Shown here: piece after piece, positions 37,304 to 48,955 of the stretch
Layout: the number at the start of each line of letters is the position of its first letter
Numbering within the stretch: the first letter of the stretch is position 1
DNA from: a virus
Length of the DNA: 64,000 nucleotides
IMG/VR virus record: IMGVR_UViG_3300043446_003702
Span: 1 to 64,000 of that record
Strand: one strand, 5' to 3'
Position numbers and translations under genes: made by a program
Notes under the pieces: model-generated
Told to the model about the DNA's origin: nothing
The model's input: only the letters and a program-made list of their open reading frames with translations
Databases searched by the model: none

Positions 37304-38464
37304 ATGGCTGGACGTAATTTTTTATTTGTGCCTGGGCCCACCAATGTGCCAGATCGTGTGCAACGTGCAATGATGGTGTCAATGGAGGATCATAGATCCC
37401 CGGATTTCCCCCAACTCACTCATGACATCTTGCATGGGTTGCAAAGTGTGTTTCGAACCCAAACAGGAGTGCCCTTTATGTTCCCTTCATCGGGCACAGG
37501 CTGTTGGGAAGCCGCACTGACCAATACTCTCAGTCCGGGAGACCGAGTGCTCACAGCAACATTTGGACAGTTCAGTCACTTATGGTGTGACATGTGCCGG
37601 CGACTGGGACTGGATGTGATCAATGTGGACTGTGACTGGGGCATCGGAGTGCCATATCTTCAGTTTGAACAGGCCTTGGCCGCAGATCCCACCATTCGTG
37701 CTGTGTTGGTCACACACAATGAAACAGCCACTGGCGTGGCCAGTGATGTGGCCAGAGTAAGACAGATCTTGGATCGCTTGGGTCATTCAGCACTGTTGTT
37801 TGTGGACACTGTGAGCAGCCTGGCCTGTTTGGAGTTTGATTTTGATGGCTGGGGTGTGGACGTGGCTGTGAGTGGTTCACAAAAAGGTCTTATGACTCCG
37901 GCAGGCATTGGTTTACTGTGCATGAGTCCGCGGGCCCTGGCAGCCGGACAATCAGCCCTATTGCCAAGATGCTATTTTGACCTCAACGACATGTTGAACA
38001 GCAACCGCACCGGTTACTTTCCCTATACACCTCCCTTGACCTTGATGTACGGACTACGTGAAGGCATGAAGATGCTGGAAGAAGAAGGTCTTGACAATGT
38101 CATAGCAAGACACCACAGACTGGCCGAGGGTGTGCGTCGGGCTGTGACACAGGGCTGGCAACTTGAATTGTGTGCTCAGGCTCCTGAGTGGTATTCAGAC
38201 ACTGTGTCAGCAGTGATGTTGCCCGAGGGCATCAACGGTGCTGATGTGATCCGACGTGCTTACACACAATACAATCTTTCACTGGGTGCAGGTTTGAGCC
38301 GCATGGCCGGACGCCTGTTCCGCATTGGACACCTGGGTGACATGAACGAGATACATCTAATGGCAGCCATTGCCGGGGCCGAAATGGCCATGCAAGACTG
38401 CGGTGTCAACATCCGGTCTGGCAGTGGCATGGCAGCTGCCAGTGACTACTGGAGAGCAACATGA
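37304..38464 (+). CDS. sgaA: serine/alanine-glyoxylate aminotransferase (class V PLP)
   Basis: GRNFLFVPGPTN, HNETATGV, VDTVSS, GSQKGLM, FRIGHLG motifs. Confidence 0.88.
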   Translation: MAGRNFLFVPGPTNVPDRVQRAMMVSMEDHRSPDFPQLTHDILHGLQSVFRTQTGVPFMFPSSGTGCWEAALTNTLSPGDRVLTATFGQFSHLWCDMCRRLGLDVINVDCDWGIGVPYLQFEQALAADPTIRAVLVTHNETATGVASDVARVRQILDRLGHSALLFVDTVSSLACLEFDFDGWGVDVAVSGSQKGLMTPAGIGLLCMSPRALAAGQSALLPRCYFDLNDMLNSNRTGYFPYTPPLTLMYGLREGMKMLEEEGLDNVIARHHRLAEGVRRAVTQGWQLELCAQAPEWYSDTVSAVMLPEGINGADVIRRAYTQYNLSLGAGLSRMAGRLFRIGHLGDMNEIHLMAAIAGAEMAMQDCGVNIRSGSGMAAASDYWRAT

Positions 38465-39987
38465 CAGTGGCTCAACGCAATGCTGACCTACTGTGTGAAA
38501 TCAAACACATACATGGGGTACCTTATCACACTGTGAGGCCCACAGCGGTCATGCGTATTGAATCCTGGACGGATCTGTTGTTCTATGCCGAGTCAGAGTT
38601 TGGCAAGGTCACGTCTTTTGAACGCAGTATTGTGGGCACTGTTGGGCGTCCTCCTGTGTTGGGCCAGCGTGTGTATGTTGACAACACAAGATTTTGGTTC
38701 AAACACAAAGCAGACTGTGATAGATTTATAGAATATTGGAGTTGATATGTGGACACTGATCATTGCACTGTGGCTTGACACAACCCCGCCAGAAATCAAA
38801 TACACCGAACTGGCCAGAGTCAAGACCTATCAAGAATGTCGTGAACTGGCCGCGGTGTTGAAACGTCGCGGCCTAGAAGCACCACTGTGGTGCGTGGAAC
38901 GTCAATGATATTTGCACTGGGCATGATAGTGGGCATTGTGATAGGCATTGCAGTGGTGCTGTTGTGGCGGAGATGACATGGGCAGTCAAACAGAATACTT
39001 CAACCGCACAGGATACCGGCCCGAGTATTCAATAGGTGATCATGTGTTTGGTCACTGGAATGGTATTCCGTTCGCTGGCACAGTGGGCAATGACACACTG
39101 ATCAGTCCCTTGGAGGGTCCAAGAATTTCAGTGCATTTATGTTTGCCTATCCGGTATGAAGGTGTTGTAAAAACTGCTATAATTGTCCGACACAAAGACA
39201 TCCGACGCATGAAAGAAATCAAATGAAACCAGCACGAGGCATACGAGGTTGCATCATTGATAGTTTTGATGGCAACCATTATTTCCGTGTGTACAATGAC
39301 GATCACACATTTGTGGACTATGACTTGCGGCATTGTGATCTGCAGGTCATAGTAGACGATGATGATGCTGTGTTGTACGATGACGAACTGGGACAGCGAT
39401 TGGATCATTCACCTGAAACACTTGGCAAGGAGACTTAAATGGCCACAATATACACCGAAGTAGAAGTTGATGTAGATCTCAACGATTTTGACACTGACGA
39501 TTTGTTGGAAGAGTTGGAACGTCGTGGCAACTTGCCCATTGAAGGCAGTGAGGATGCCAAGGCCATTTTGGAACAGATCTACTACCTGCGTAGACAAGGC
39601 CAAGCCTACGAACACCTACTGGATGGGTTGATCTACGCCGCGCTGGGACGAGTAGCATGATTCAATTTGAGTGGTTTGTTTACGGTGCCATGGCAGGCCT
39701 AGTGGCTCCTTATGCTTGGCCCTTGATACGTACCTGCATTGAAGAATTTCAGATTGCACGCCGCGATTGGAAAAAGCATGATTGACACTGTGCGGCAGGT
39801 CATAGACCGAATCAAAGGCTTGAAACAGTTTGTGGTGAGAGTGCCTGTTCCTGAAGAATTTCGCTTCACAGGTGCAGTGCCCTTTGACATGGAGATCACA
39901 GGCTCCGTGGCCATGGTCACTGTGTGGGCTCACACTGAAGCAGAAGCACAGCAACGTGCTGAGGAATTTTTCCAAAATACACCATAA
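38461..39987 (+). CDS. run of small hypothetical genes (e.g. 38461-38745, 39223-39438, 39439-39660, ending 39987)
   Basis: packed co-oriented ORFs. Confidence 0.55.
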
Positions 39988-40024
39988 AATATTCACTGGT
40001 GTTTTTTAGGCAGTAAATATCTGC

Positions 40025-41230
40025 ATGGAAAACACATCACTTACCCTAGCCGATATGGCATCCCTAAAAAATCTAATCGAAGCTGCCACTGCACGTGGCG
40101 CTTTCCGTGCCAATGAAATGACCACTGTGGGCAGCATCTATGACAAACTGGATGCTTTCTTAACAGCCACTCAAGCACAGTTGGCACAACAGGCTGAAGC
40201 ACAACAACCAGCCCAACCCACACAAGGAGAATGACAATGTTGAAACACATAGGCCGACACGGTGACCGCAAGGTTGCAATCATATTTAGAGAACTACCTG
40301 GCGAAGAACACATGTGCTTGGTGATCTATCCTGAAACATTGCCCACTCACATACACAACACCATCATGAACATCTTGGAATCAGCTCCAGGACAACAAAG
40401 CCCCAACTTGGCTGATGTACTACATCGTAACTTGTTGCCTGATGGCAGAGTGATCTTACAGGCCTTGCACAACGAAGGCATGTTGAAGAAAATTCAAACC
40501 AACCAGGTCATTGTCACACCCACAGCACAGAGTTCGGTCAAACTGGATGAACTAAACAGGATTGTGAAAGAAATGGAAAGCGGTGCCGAAGCACTGAAAC
40601 GCATGCAAGAACTTGATGCCAGTGCTGGCATTGTTGATCCCGCTACCAAACGCAAAGCAGAGAAAGCATTCAAAGAAGGTCGACTCGCTGACGCAGAGGC
40701 CTTGGTAGCCCCATTGGCTGCGCCACAGACTGGTGCCTTGGATGACAAAGCTCTTGCGGCCAACATGTTGGCACAGGCCAAAAAGATGGAAGCAGATGCC
40801 AAAGGACTCATAGCTGAAGCGGCTAGAATGAAAAAGGAAGCACAAAAAATGTTTCCCACTGTGAACATGAAATCAGCCTCAGCACCCGTGGAAAGCACAC
40901 GTGGTCGTAAGAAAGCGGCCACAGCAGATGCAATTCAGTGATGAATTTTTGGCACGTTGGGAACACATCATCGACGAAGTAGACATCACTGATGTGCCGC
41001 TTGAGTGTATCAAAAAAGTCATAGTCAAGTTGGTAGGCAAGCGTCAGCGCACCATCAATCTTGATCTGCTGAGACGTCAAGGTCTAAGCATTGACGAAAT
41101 AGAAACTGTGATGACTCGTACTCTCACTGATCTTGGCCCAGCAGTGCGCGACGTTGATTTTATTCTTGACGTTGGCGCCATTGCCACTATTGTACAACCC
41201 GAAACAGATAAACTATTAAAAGATCTATGA
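40025..41230 (+). CDS. three conserved hypothetical proteins (40025-40234, 40231-40941, 40928-41230)
   Basis: TAAATA upstream, coupled starts. Confidence 0.65.
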
Positions 41231-41907
41231 ATGTTCGCTTACTCAGCTATAGTCAACCTACCCAGGAATTTGCAACTCAAGGCATTGGCGATGCACAGGA
41301 ACTCATTGCATACTGCGCCCGTGTCAGCAATCCCTCAAACCAATTCAACACAGACACTTCAGAAAAACTCATCAGGTATCTTGTTCGACACCAGCACTGG
41401 AGTCCCCTTGAAATGGTCAGTGCTTGCATGGAAATTACGACAACAAGAGATATTGCACGACAGATCCTACGCCACAGAAGTTTCTCCTTCCAAGAGTTTT
41501 CGCAACGTTATGCTGACCCAACAAAGGATCTTGAATTCGTACTCAGAGAAGCACGACTACAAGACCCCAAGAACCGACAGAACAGCATAGAACTCATACC
41601 CGACACACCACAGAGTCGCAACCTGGCCACAGGCTGGGAACGTGCTCAACAGCGAGTGCAATTGGCCGCAGTTGAAGCATACAACTGGGCCATCAACAAT
41701 GGCATTGCCAAAGAACAGGCCCGTGCTGTGTTGCCCGAAGGCATGATGAGTAGTCGTCTGTACATGAATGGTACCTTGAGATCATGGATTCACTTTATCG
41801 AACTGCGCAGTGCCAATGGCACACAGAAAGAGCATCAAGCAGTGGCCCGAGCCTGTGCTGAAGCCATTGCAGCAATCTTTCCAATGGCATCGACACTGGC
41901 AGACTAA
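41227..41907 (+). CDS. thyX: flavin-dependent thymidylate synthase
   Basis: HWSPLE, QILRHRSFSFQEFSQRY, EQARAVLP motifs. Confidence 0.96.
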   Translation: MNVRLLSYSQPTQEFATQGIGDAQELIAYCARVSNPSNQFNTDTSEKLIRYLVRHQHWSPLEMVSACMEITTTRDIARQILRHRSFSFQEFSQRYADPTKDLEFVLREARLQDPKNRQNSIELIPDTPQSRNLATGWERAQQRVQLAAVEAYNWAINNGIAKEQARAVLPEGMMSSRLYMNGTLRSWIHFIELRSANGTQKEHQAVARACAEAIAAIFPMASTLAD

Positions 41908-41923
41908 TCTGCTACAATGTGTG

Positions 41924-42244
41924 ATGGCATTGCATAACGATCCAATCAATTCCACACATTATCAAAAACCAGAATACCAAATCATCGACAACTGTGTTGT
42001 GCGCTTCAGTGACATCTGTGTGCACGAGTTCACCATGGGCGATGTTGAAGATCCAGACTTGTACGCAGCCGACCCACTGTGGAAGTGGCAAAACAGCGAA
42101 GCAGGTAAATGGGTAATGGAACATGCGGTAGAACAACCTTACTGGATTCGCCAAGTCGATCAACACAGTTATGGATACAGGTACAAAATTGTAGCCAGAC
42201 TCAGCGAACCAATGCAAACATTTTTTAAATTGAAATTTCAATAA
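41924..42244 (+). CDS. hypothetical phage protein
   Basis: MGDVEDPDLYAA motif. Confidence 0.55.
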   Translation: MALHNDPINSTHYQKPEYQIIDNCVVRFSDICVHEFTMGDVEDPDLYAADPLWKWQNSEAGKWVMEHAVEQPYWIRQVDQHSYGYRYKIVARLSEPMQTFFKLKFQ

Positions 42245-42275
42245 ATATCAAACACCCCCAACACAAACTCCCACT

Positions 42276-43781
42276 ATGTTTAATCAAAAAATCTTGTGCA
42301 TAGGCAACGAGACTGAAGATACTGACCATCAGGTTTCTCGGTTGTCAGAAGATCAACAAACTATAAATCATGGACTCATATGTAACAAATCGTTTGTTCC
42401 TGTTGAGTCTGGATACTATCATGTCAGCGTAGCAGACATGCCACCCGGTGCAATTGCACACATGGCCTTGAATTTTGATCAAATAATTATGTTAGATCAA
42501 CCCAAAGAATCTTATCCACATTGGAAGTCATTTGTTGGAACATTTAGACTAATGTATGATCTAGAACAAACTGGGCACAATGTGGTTTATCGTAACAACA
42601 AGTGCAACAAGGACATTGGTTTTTGGCACACTCTGTTAAGAGAAAACAAAAGTGTTTGCTTCTATCCATTTTTAGGATTAATAGACAATCTTGGAAGCAC
42701 AGGGATCTGTCCCAAAAATTTTGACGGATTTACTCATATAAACAATATTGAAGATTGGCGCAGTAGCCACAAATATAATATGATGCGTGAAAAAATGCTG
42801 CGCGGAGAATTGGTGACAGAATGGTGTCAAGATTGCTATCAACAAGAATCACTTGGGCAAGAAAGCACGAGACAATTTGAAACTCTTGAATGGATGACAA
42901 GATTAAATTTTACTTCTATTGATGACTTAAGAAAAATTAATGCTCCAGCATACTATGAGATTCGTCCCAGCAATAAATGCAACATCATGTGCCGTACTTG
43001 TGACAATGGTCGTAGTCATTTGATTGAAAAAGAATGGAAAACCATCAACATTCCATTATGGCATTGGCAACCCGCTAACATTACTTTTGAACATGTTGAT
43101 TTTGACACTGTAAAAAGAATATATGTTGGAGGTGGTGAACCAACTGTGATGGCAGAGTTTTATGATTTTTTAAACAAGTGTATTGCCAATGGTCACACTG
43201 ATTTTGAATTGGTTATCGGAACCAATGGTGTGAAATTCAGTGACAAGATCATGCGTTTGTTCAGTCACTTCAGCGACGTTTGTTTTTCAGTCAGTTTTGA
43301 TGGATACAAACAAGTAGGAGACTACATTCGTTGGGGCAGCAACTTTGACACTGTGGTTGCAAACACTCACATGCTGCTGAATCATGGACACAAAGTAGGT
43401 TTACAAACTGTTTTTTCTGTTTACAATGCTACACGAATGCATGAAATTTTTGAATTTTATGATCAAGAATTTCCTACCTCAGGCCTGCTGGTGCAAACTG
43501 CAGGATTTCGTGATGACATAATGGATTGCTACAATAATCCCTGTCCTGAGCTGGTGATAGACTCCATGAAAAGATGTACACAAACAAAGATTTACTATTC
43601 AAACGGAAGATCTTGCAAAACGCAAGTGGATGCAATGTTAAATTGGTATTCAAATCAATATCAACTCGACACAAAAAAATTAAACAAGTTTTATGAACTC
43701 AATGATAAATTGGATAAGGCACGTGGCAGCCGTCTGATTGATTACATTCCAGAACTGGCGCAAGCAAGGAGCATGTCATGA
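42276..43781 (+). CDS. radical SAM protein
   Basis: CNIMCRTC, GGGEP, YIRWG motifs. Confidence 0.85.
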   Translation: MFNQKILCIGNETEDTDHQVSRLSEDQQTINHGLICNKSFVPVESGYYHVSVADMPPGAIAHMALNFDQIIMLDQPKESYPHWKSFVGTFRLMYDLEQTGHNVVYRNNKCNKDIGFWHTLLRENKSVCFYPFLGLIDNLGSTGICPKNFDGFTHINNIEDWRSSHKYNMMREKMLRGELVTEWCQDCYQQESLGQESTRQFETLEWMTRLNFTSIDDLRKINAPAYYEIRPSNKCNIMCRTCDNGRSHLIEKEWKTINIPLWHWQPANITFEHVDFDTVKRIYVGGGEPTVMAEFYDFLNKCIANGHTDFELVIGTNGVKFSDKIMRLFSHFSDVCFSVSFDGYKQVGDYIRWGSNFDTVVANTHMLLNHGHKVGLQTVFSVYNATRMHEIFEFYDQEFPTSGLLVQTAGFRDDIMDCYNNPCPELVIDSMKRCTQTKIYYSNGRSCKTQVDAMLNWYSNQYQLDTKKLNKFYELNDKLDKARGSRLIDYIPELAQARSMS

Positions 43782-44749
43782 CATTTTTAGTAACCGGCGG
43801 TCTAGGTCTTATTGGGCACAACGTTGTGGCACGGCTACAAGCACGTGAAGAAAAAGTTGTGGTTGTAGACACCAAGACCACGTATGGTATCATCCCGCAA
43901 GCAGAGATTGACTACTTGATGGAGGAACGGCAGAAAAAGATTGCTCCAGACACACCCATCTACCCTTACGATATCACAGATGAGTCGGATATGGATTTTG
44001 TAATAGGTGAGCACCGACCCCGGGTGATCATTCACTGTGCCAGTTTTCCCCGGCAGAAAGTTGTCAATGCCAACCCTGCTCACGGCGCAGACGTCATGAT
44101 GCGGGGTTTGATCAACCTGCTTGAGAGTGCCAAAAAACATGGCATTGAAAGGTTTGTGTACATCAGTTCAAGCATGGTGTACGGAGACTTTGAAGATGAT
44201 GTGCTGGAAGATGATGAGTGTAATCCGCAAGGACAGTATGGCATTATGAAACTGGCCGGAGAGTGGCTGGTCAAGGACTATACACGTCGTTGTGGGTTTG
44301 AGTATGTGATCATTCGCCCATCAGCAGTGTACGGACCACTGGATGTGGAAGATCGTGTGGTGGCCAAATTCATGCTCACAGCCCGGCGTGGTGGTGTGCT
44401 CAAGGTAAATGGTGCTAGTGAAACCTTGGACTTTACCTATGTGGATGATGCTGCCGACGGCATTGTGGCAGCAGCCACACGCATCATGTGCCGCAATATG
44501 ACATTCAACATCACCAAGTCACATAGTGTAAGCCTGCTGGAAGCCGCTGAAATGATTGTGAAGATTGTGGGTCAGGGCACAATTGAAGTACGTGACAAAG
44601 ACGCAGACTTTCCCAGCCGCGGTGCCTTAAATATTGATCGAGCAAGAACAATATTAGGTTACGATCCAAAGGTAGATGTTGAAGAAGGATTTCAAAAGTA
44701 TCATGAGTGGCTTGAAAATTCCATTTACTGGAATCCAAAGGCAGTATAA
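43778..44749 (+). CDS. NAD-dependent sugar epimerase/dehydratase
   Basis: TGGLGLIG and YGIMK (YxxxK) motifs. Confidence 0.92.
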   Translation: MTFLVTGGLGLIGHNVVARLQAREEKVVVVDTKTTYGIIPQAEIDYLMEERQKKIAPDTPIYPYDITDESDMDFVIGEHRPRVIIHCASFPRQKVVNANPAHGADVMMRGLINLLESAKKHGIERFVYISSSMVYGDFEDDVLEDDECNPQGQYGIMKLAGEWLVKDYTRRCGFEYVIIRPSAVYGPLDVEDRVVAKFMLTARRGGVLKVNGASETLDFTYVDDAADGIVAAATRIMCRNMTFNITKSHSVSLLEAAEMIVKIVGQGTIEVRDKDADFPSRGALNIDRARTILGYDPKVDVEEGFQKYHEWLENSIYWNPKAV

Positions 44750-45794
44750 CAACCTACGCACTGAGATTCTGGATGCAACCGATACTGTGTTGCGTTCAGG
44801 ACGACTCATGGATGGCAATTCGACCTTTGAGTTTGAACGTTGGTTGGCTCGACGCAACAGTGTTGACTATGCCGTGACCTGTCATTCAGGCACACAGGCC
44901 TTGGAAATCATTGCTGCCTATTACTACCTAGAACTTGTCACAGCATGGGGTACTCGTCAACCCGTGGTAGTGGTGCCGGCCATGACTTATCCCGCAACAC
45001 TGAATGCATTTGCCAGAGCCGGCTGGCAGTTGATCATTGCTGACACAGACAGATATGGACAACTAGACATCAATCGCATACCAGATGAATCAGTGGACAT
45101 GCTGTGTGCTGTTGGACTGTATGGACAAAGCATCACCAACATGCTTCGTAATGCCAACAAACCCATTGCCAGAGTTGTAGAAGATGCTGCACAACATTGG
45201 CTGGCAGATCATTGCATACGCACCGGAGACACTGCCATCAGTTTTGATCCCACAAAAAACTTAGCCAACTACGGCAATGGTGGCGCTGTGATCACCGGTT
45301 CAAGACGTCTGATGGAGTTTGCTAGAAACTGGATCAGCAATGGCAAGCGAACCAATCACGGTGAATTGGGCACCAACAGTCGCATGAGCGAAACTGACTG
45401 TGCGCAGATGTTGGTAAAAACGCGGCACATTGATGCTTGGCAAGCACGACGTAGAAAGATTGCTGAACACTGGTGCCAAGGTCTGCGTGACCGGGAAGGC
45501 ATTGTGTGCTTGATAGATGACTCAAACATGCGTGATCATTGTTTTCACAAGTTTGTGATCACAGTGGACAATCGTGATGCTGTGGTGAAAAATTTAGCCC
45601 TGCGTGGGGTGGAAACACGAGTACACTATGCCACACCCATGCATGAATTGCCAGCGTATCAACACTATGTAGGTCCAGACTTGTTGAGTGCGGCGTCTAG
45701 TTTGGCACGTAGATGTCTAAGCCTACCTATGTATCCTGAACTCACAGATTCAGAAGTAGAGTATGTTATTGATGCGGTGTTAGATTCCGTTTGA
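44703..45794 (+). CDS. DegT/DnrJ/EryC1 sugar aminotransferase
   Basis: SGTQAL, EDAAQ, SFDPTKNL, SLPMYP motifs. Confidence 0.92.
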   Translation: MSGLKIPFTGIQRQYNNLRTEILDATDTVLRSGRLMDGNSTFEFERWLARRNSVDYAVTCHSGTQALEIIAAYYYLELVTAWGTRQPVVVVPAMTYPATLNAFARAGWQLIIADTDRYGQLDINRIPDESVDMLCAVGLYGQSITNMLRNANKPIARVVEDAAQHWLADHCIRTGDTAISFDPTKNLANYGNGGAVITGSRRLMEFARNWISNGKRTNHGELGTNSRMSETDCAQMLVKTRHIDAWQARRRKIAEHWCQGLRDREGIVCLIDDSNMRDHCFHKFVITVDNRDAVVKNLALRGVETRVHYATPMHELPAYQHYVGPDLLSAASSLARRCLSLPMYPELTDSEVEYVIDAVLDSV

Positions 45795-47769
45795 CAAACG
45801 CATAAGTGGCCAACCACTCCCACTCATAACTCTTTTTCAACTCATCGAAGTTGCCTGCCACACTGTCCCAATACTCTATGCCATCTTGGGCACCCTTGAT
45901 GCTCCACTGATCTGCACTGTGGTCCACCGTAAGCCATTTGTCTAGTCTATAAGCACTTTCAACATCAGGCAGGCTGGATTTCAACTTGATCACTTCTCTA
46001 AACGCAGTGCGCCAGGCCATCCAAGGCGTGCGATCATAGAATGCCTGCCCAGAAACAATGGGCACTACTTCGTGTGGCTGGTCCAAGGTAAAGTCTAATC
46101 CTGGTCCTGTGTTAGCCAGCACCAATCGTTTGTTGTAGGCAATCATGGCCTGATGTCCATACACCAAGCCATTGACTGGATTGTGTGCATGAAATATGTA
46201 GTGCTTGGGTTGTTGCATGCGATCTGGCTGCCATGACCAATCAAAACGATCACTGACTTCCAGTTTGGCAAACACAGCAAAGAACCATGGGGTAGTGCTG
46301 GCTCTGGCAGCAGCATGATAAGCAGCCACTCGGCCTTGTACATTTTTTATGTGATGAATTTTATTGGCACCATTGTGTTTGCGTACTGTACAGGCTAGAT
46401 GATTTAGATTGTAGTCAGCCATGCGTTCACCATTTTCAATGAACACAATGTCCAAGGGTGGGTCTTGTAAGATTCTCTGTGTTCGGTCTATGTAGGCATA
46501 GTCATACAACTGTGTTTTTATATGCGGTACAGCAGTGCGTGGCACTATCACTGTGCCAGCACCTGAACTCACAGGCACAATGGCTTTGGTTTGTTCGCGC
46601 CACAGTGGCACAGTGATCATGTTACCGGGCACATAGTCCAAGTTAGTGAATGTGGCCAAGGGCCCAGCCCAGGCAGTGTTTTTTACTGCATCTACTTGGC
46701 TGTCGTTGTCATGCAAGATCACAGGCATAGCACGTCGTGGCACAGAGGTGCTGATAAAGTTCACCTCGGTCCATTCCAATAGCTCTTTCTTTTCTGCGCG
46801 AGCCGCAAATGAAGGCACATGCATGAAAAATGTGTCGCCAAACTTTTGATCATTGCTGGCAAACACATGCAACATTGTGGCCTGCCACTGTTCAGGATGC
46901 CACGAAAAGTCAAAATTGCTGTAGTCACAGATGCTGCTACAGATCCACACAAACTCATGTTCAGTGCCTATGCTCCGGGCAATGCGAATCAAGGTGTCTC
47001 TGTAGTTGTCAAAGTAGCGTACAGTGCGTGTGGTGTTGGCGATCTTGCCTGCGTTGCCGCACAAGTGATCTATTTCGTATATGGCAGTGGCCACGCGGTT
47101 GGTTGTAGCACGTATTTGATCCACGTACTTGATGTCTGTGGCACCAGGCACAGTATATCTAGGTCCGCCTGTGCGTTGATGCTGTGTGCCAAACTGATAG
47201 ATGTATGGCGGATCAAAGGGATTTGGGTGCCAAGACTGATCAACTGGCTCTACGCCTGCTGGCACAGTCCACAACTTTTTGGTAGGCCGTGCTACAGCAT
47301 ATTGCGCTGTTTCTAGTTTAATTTTGTCAACATTAGGATTATAAACTGGCCCACCTGCTGGTTGCCATTGTGTGGGAAAATGATGTTGATAGTGATCGCT
47401 GGGCAATGGATGCCATGAAAAGTCAAAACTGTCTGTGTCTATGTTTGGGGGTATACACCAACCATCACGACTGCTCAGTCTCTTAATCACACGGTCGGTA
47501 TGATAATTGGTGGTTTCATAGCCTGCTCGTGGCACGAGATAGGTACCCGAATCTGACTGCCATTGACTGGCCCATGCATGCCGTTGTTTGGACTCCCAGG
47601 GCACCGGCTCCCAAAGAAAATTCCAATCATTGTAATCCGCTAAGTAGTGCACAATCCAAAAAAAACGTGTGCCACTCAACTTTTGTGCATGCTGGAATGA
47701 ATCTACCCGCCGCTCGTGCGGGAACAAATTTGGCTTACCTCCATCACTGAAATAAAATACGTCAAACAT
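45766..47769 (-). CDS. glycosyltransferase-like protein with repeated FDFSWHP modules
   Basis: five W(H/E/Q)P repeats; AWRTAFREV C-terminal motif. Confidence 0.5.
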   Translation of the reverse strand: MFDVFYFSDGGKPNLFPHERRVDSFQHAQKLSGTRFFWIVHYLADYNDWNFLWEPVPWESKQRHAWASQWQSDSGTYLVPRAGYETTNYHTDRVIKRLSSRDGWCIPPNIDTDSFDFSWHPLPSDHYQHHFPTQWQPAGGPVYNPNVDKIKLETAQYAVARPTKKLWTVPAGVEPVDQSWHPNPFDPPYIYQFGTQHQRTGGPRYTVPGATDIKYVDQIRATTNRVATAIYEIDHLCGNAGKIANTTRTVRYFDNYRDTLIRIARSIGTEHEFVWICSSICDYSNFDFSWHPEQWQATMLHVFASNDQKFGDTFFMHVPSFAARAEKKELLEWTEVNFISTSVPRRAMPVILHDNDSQVDAVKNTAWAGPLATFTNLDYVPGNMITVPLWREQTKAIVPVSSGAGTVIVPRTAVPHIKTQLYDYAYIDRTQRILQDPPLDIVFIENGERMADYNLNHLACTVRKHNGANKIHHIKNVQGRVAAYHAAARASTTPWFFAVFAKLEVSDRFDWSWQPDRMQQPKHYIFHAHNPVNGLVYGHQAMIAYNKRLVLANTGPGLDFTLDQPHEVVPIVSGQAFYDRTPWMAWRTAFREVIKLKSSLPDVESAYRLDKWLTVDHSADQWSIKGAQDGIEYWDSVAGNFDELKKSYEWEWLATYAFVKRNLTPHQ

Positions 47770-48955
47770 GATTAGAATAGATGAAATTTATGATAATACA
47801 ATCTGGCCTTGGATAAAACGTCATCATCCTGGTGTAAGGCTTTGGTGGTGCGAACCATTTGGTAGAACAGATCCTGACAGCTTAGTTAATTATGGCAGTG
47901 ACGACTTAATCGAACACAATTATACACTATTATGGGACCAAGAGCCTATTCATTTGAATTTGCATTTGCCCACATTTGAACGAGTTGTTAGCAACAATAA
48001 AAATTTGCATTTAACAGTAAATTACCGTAACCGACTTAATCAATTAGCAATTAACAATGGATATAGCAAACCACTCAATGTCAATTTACAAGTGGGTGCA
48101 ATTATTACCAGCGAACGCGACAGTGACACAGTTGATACAGTGTGCAAACAGTTTGGCTGGCGCAGTTACTATTATTTTTTTCATGGCTGGGCCGCATTGG
48201 ATTGGTATCGTGGATATGACCGAACTTTTTTAATCAAGCCTTGGACTGAAAGAACAATTAATCAAACATTTTTAGCACCAAATCGTATAGTAGCAGGAGA
48301 ACGCAAGCATAGATTGGAAATGCTATATTGGATATTCAAACTTAAAATGAGCAACAATCACGTATCATGTCCTGCTGTGTGCCCTGCCGAAAACATTGCT
48401 ATACTAGATGCTATAAAACCGCTAAAAGCCAAGTATGCAGACATAGAAACAGTTTTTTCCCAACAATCATTGCCCATGAACTTCAAAGACGAAACTGGTC
48501 ACCCCATGCAATCTTGCTGGCTTGATTTGTTTGATCAATCAGCTGAAAGTTTGTTATACTTGGTGACTGAAACCGTGGCCACTGGTCGTAGACATCATTT
48601 GACTGAAAAAACTTTCAAGCCCATTGCCATGGGCATGCCATTTATCATTGTGGGCACACAAGGCAGCTTGCGTTATTTGCGCAGTTACGGTTTCCGGACA
48701 TTTGGTGACCTGTGGGATGAAAGTTATGATGATGAACCTGATGACTCAAAGCGTATAGAAAAAATTGCACGAGTATTGTCGCTGTTGGAGAGCTTGGAAG
48801 AAGATCGTCAGGCCATATTTGAAAGTGCCTGGGATATCATCCAACACAACTGGAATCATTTTTATAACGGTGGCTTTGAAGCAGTACTATGGGAAGAACT
48901 AAAGGACATGTTGAATGAGCTTGAATTTGATAGCAGATCGAGTAATCAAGGGTAG
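47768..48955 (+). CDS. paralog family X protein
   Basis: LVTET..TEKTFKPI..GFRTF..WDESYD. Confidence 0.55.
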   Translation: MIRIDEIYDNTIWPWIKRHHPGVRLWWCEPFGRTDPDSLVNYGSDDLIEHNYTLLWDQEPIHLNLHLPTFERVVSNNKNLHLTVNYRNRLNQLAINNGYSKPLNVNLQVGAIITSERDSDTVDTVCKQFGWRSYYYFFHGWAALDWYRGYDRTFLIKPWTERTINQTFLAPNRIVAGERKHRLEMLYWIFKLKMSNNHVSCPAVCPAENIAILDAIKPLKAKYADIETVFSQQSLPMNFKDETGHPMQSCWLDLFDQSAESLLYLVTETVATGRRHHLTEKTFKPIAMGMPFIIVGTQGSLRYLRSYGFRTFGDLWDESYDDEPDDSKRIEKIARVLSLLESLEEDRQAIFESAWDIIQHNWNHFYNGGFEAVLWEELKDMLNELEFDSRSSNQG

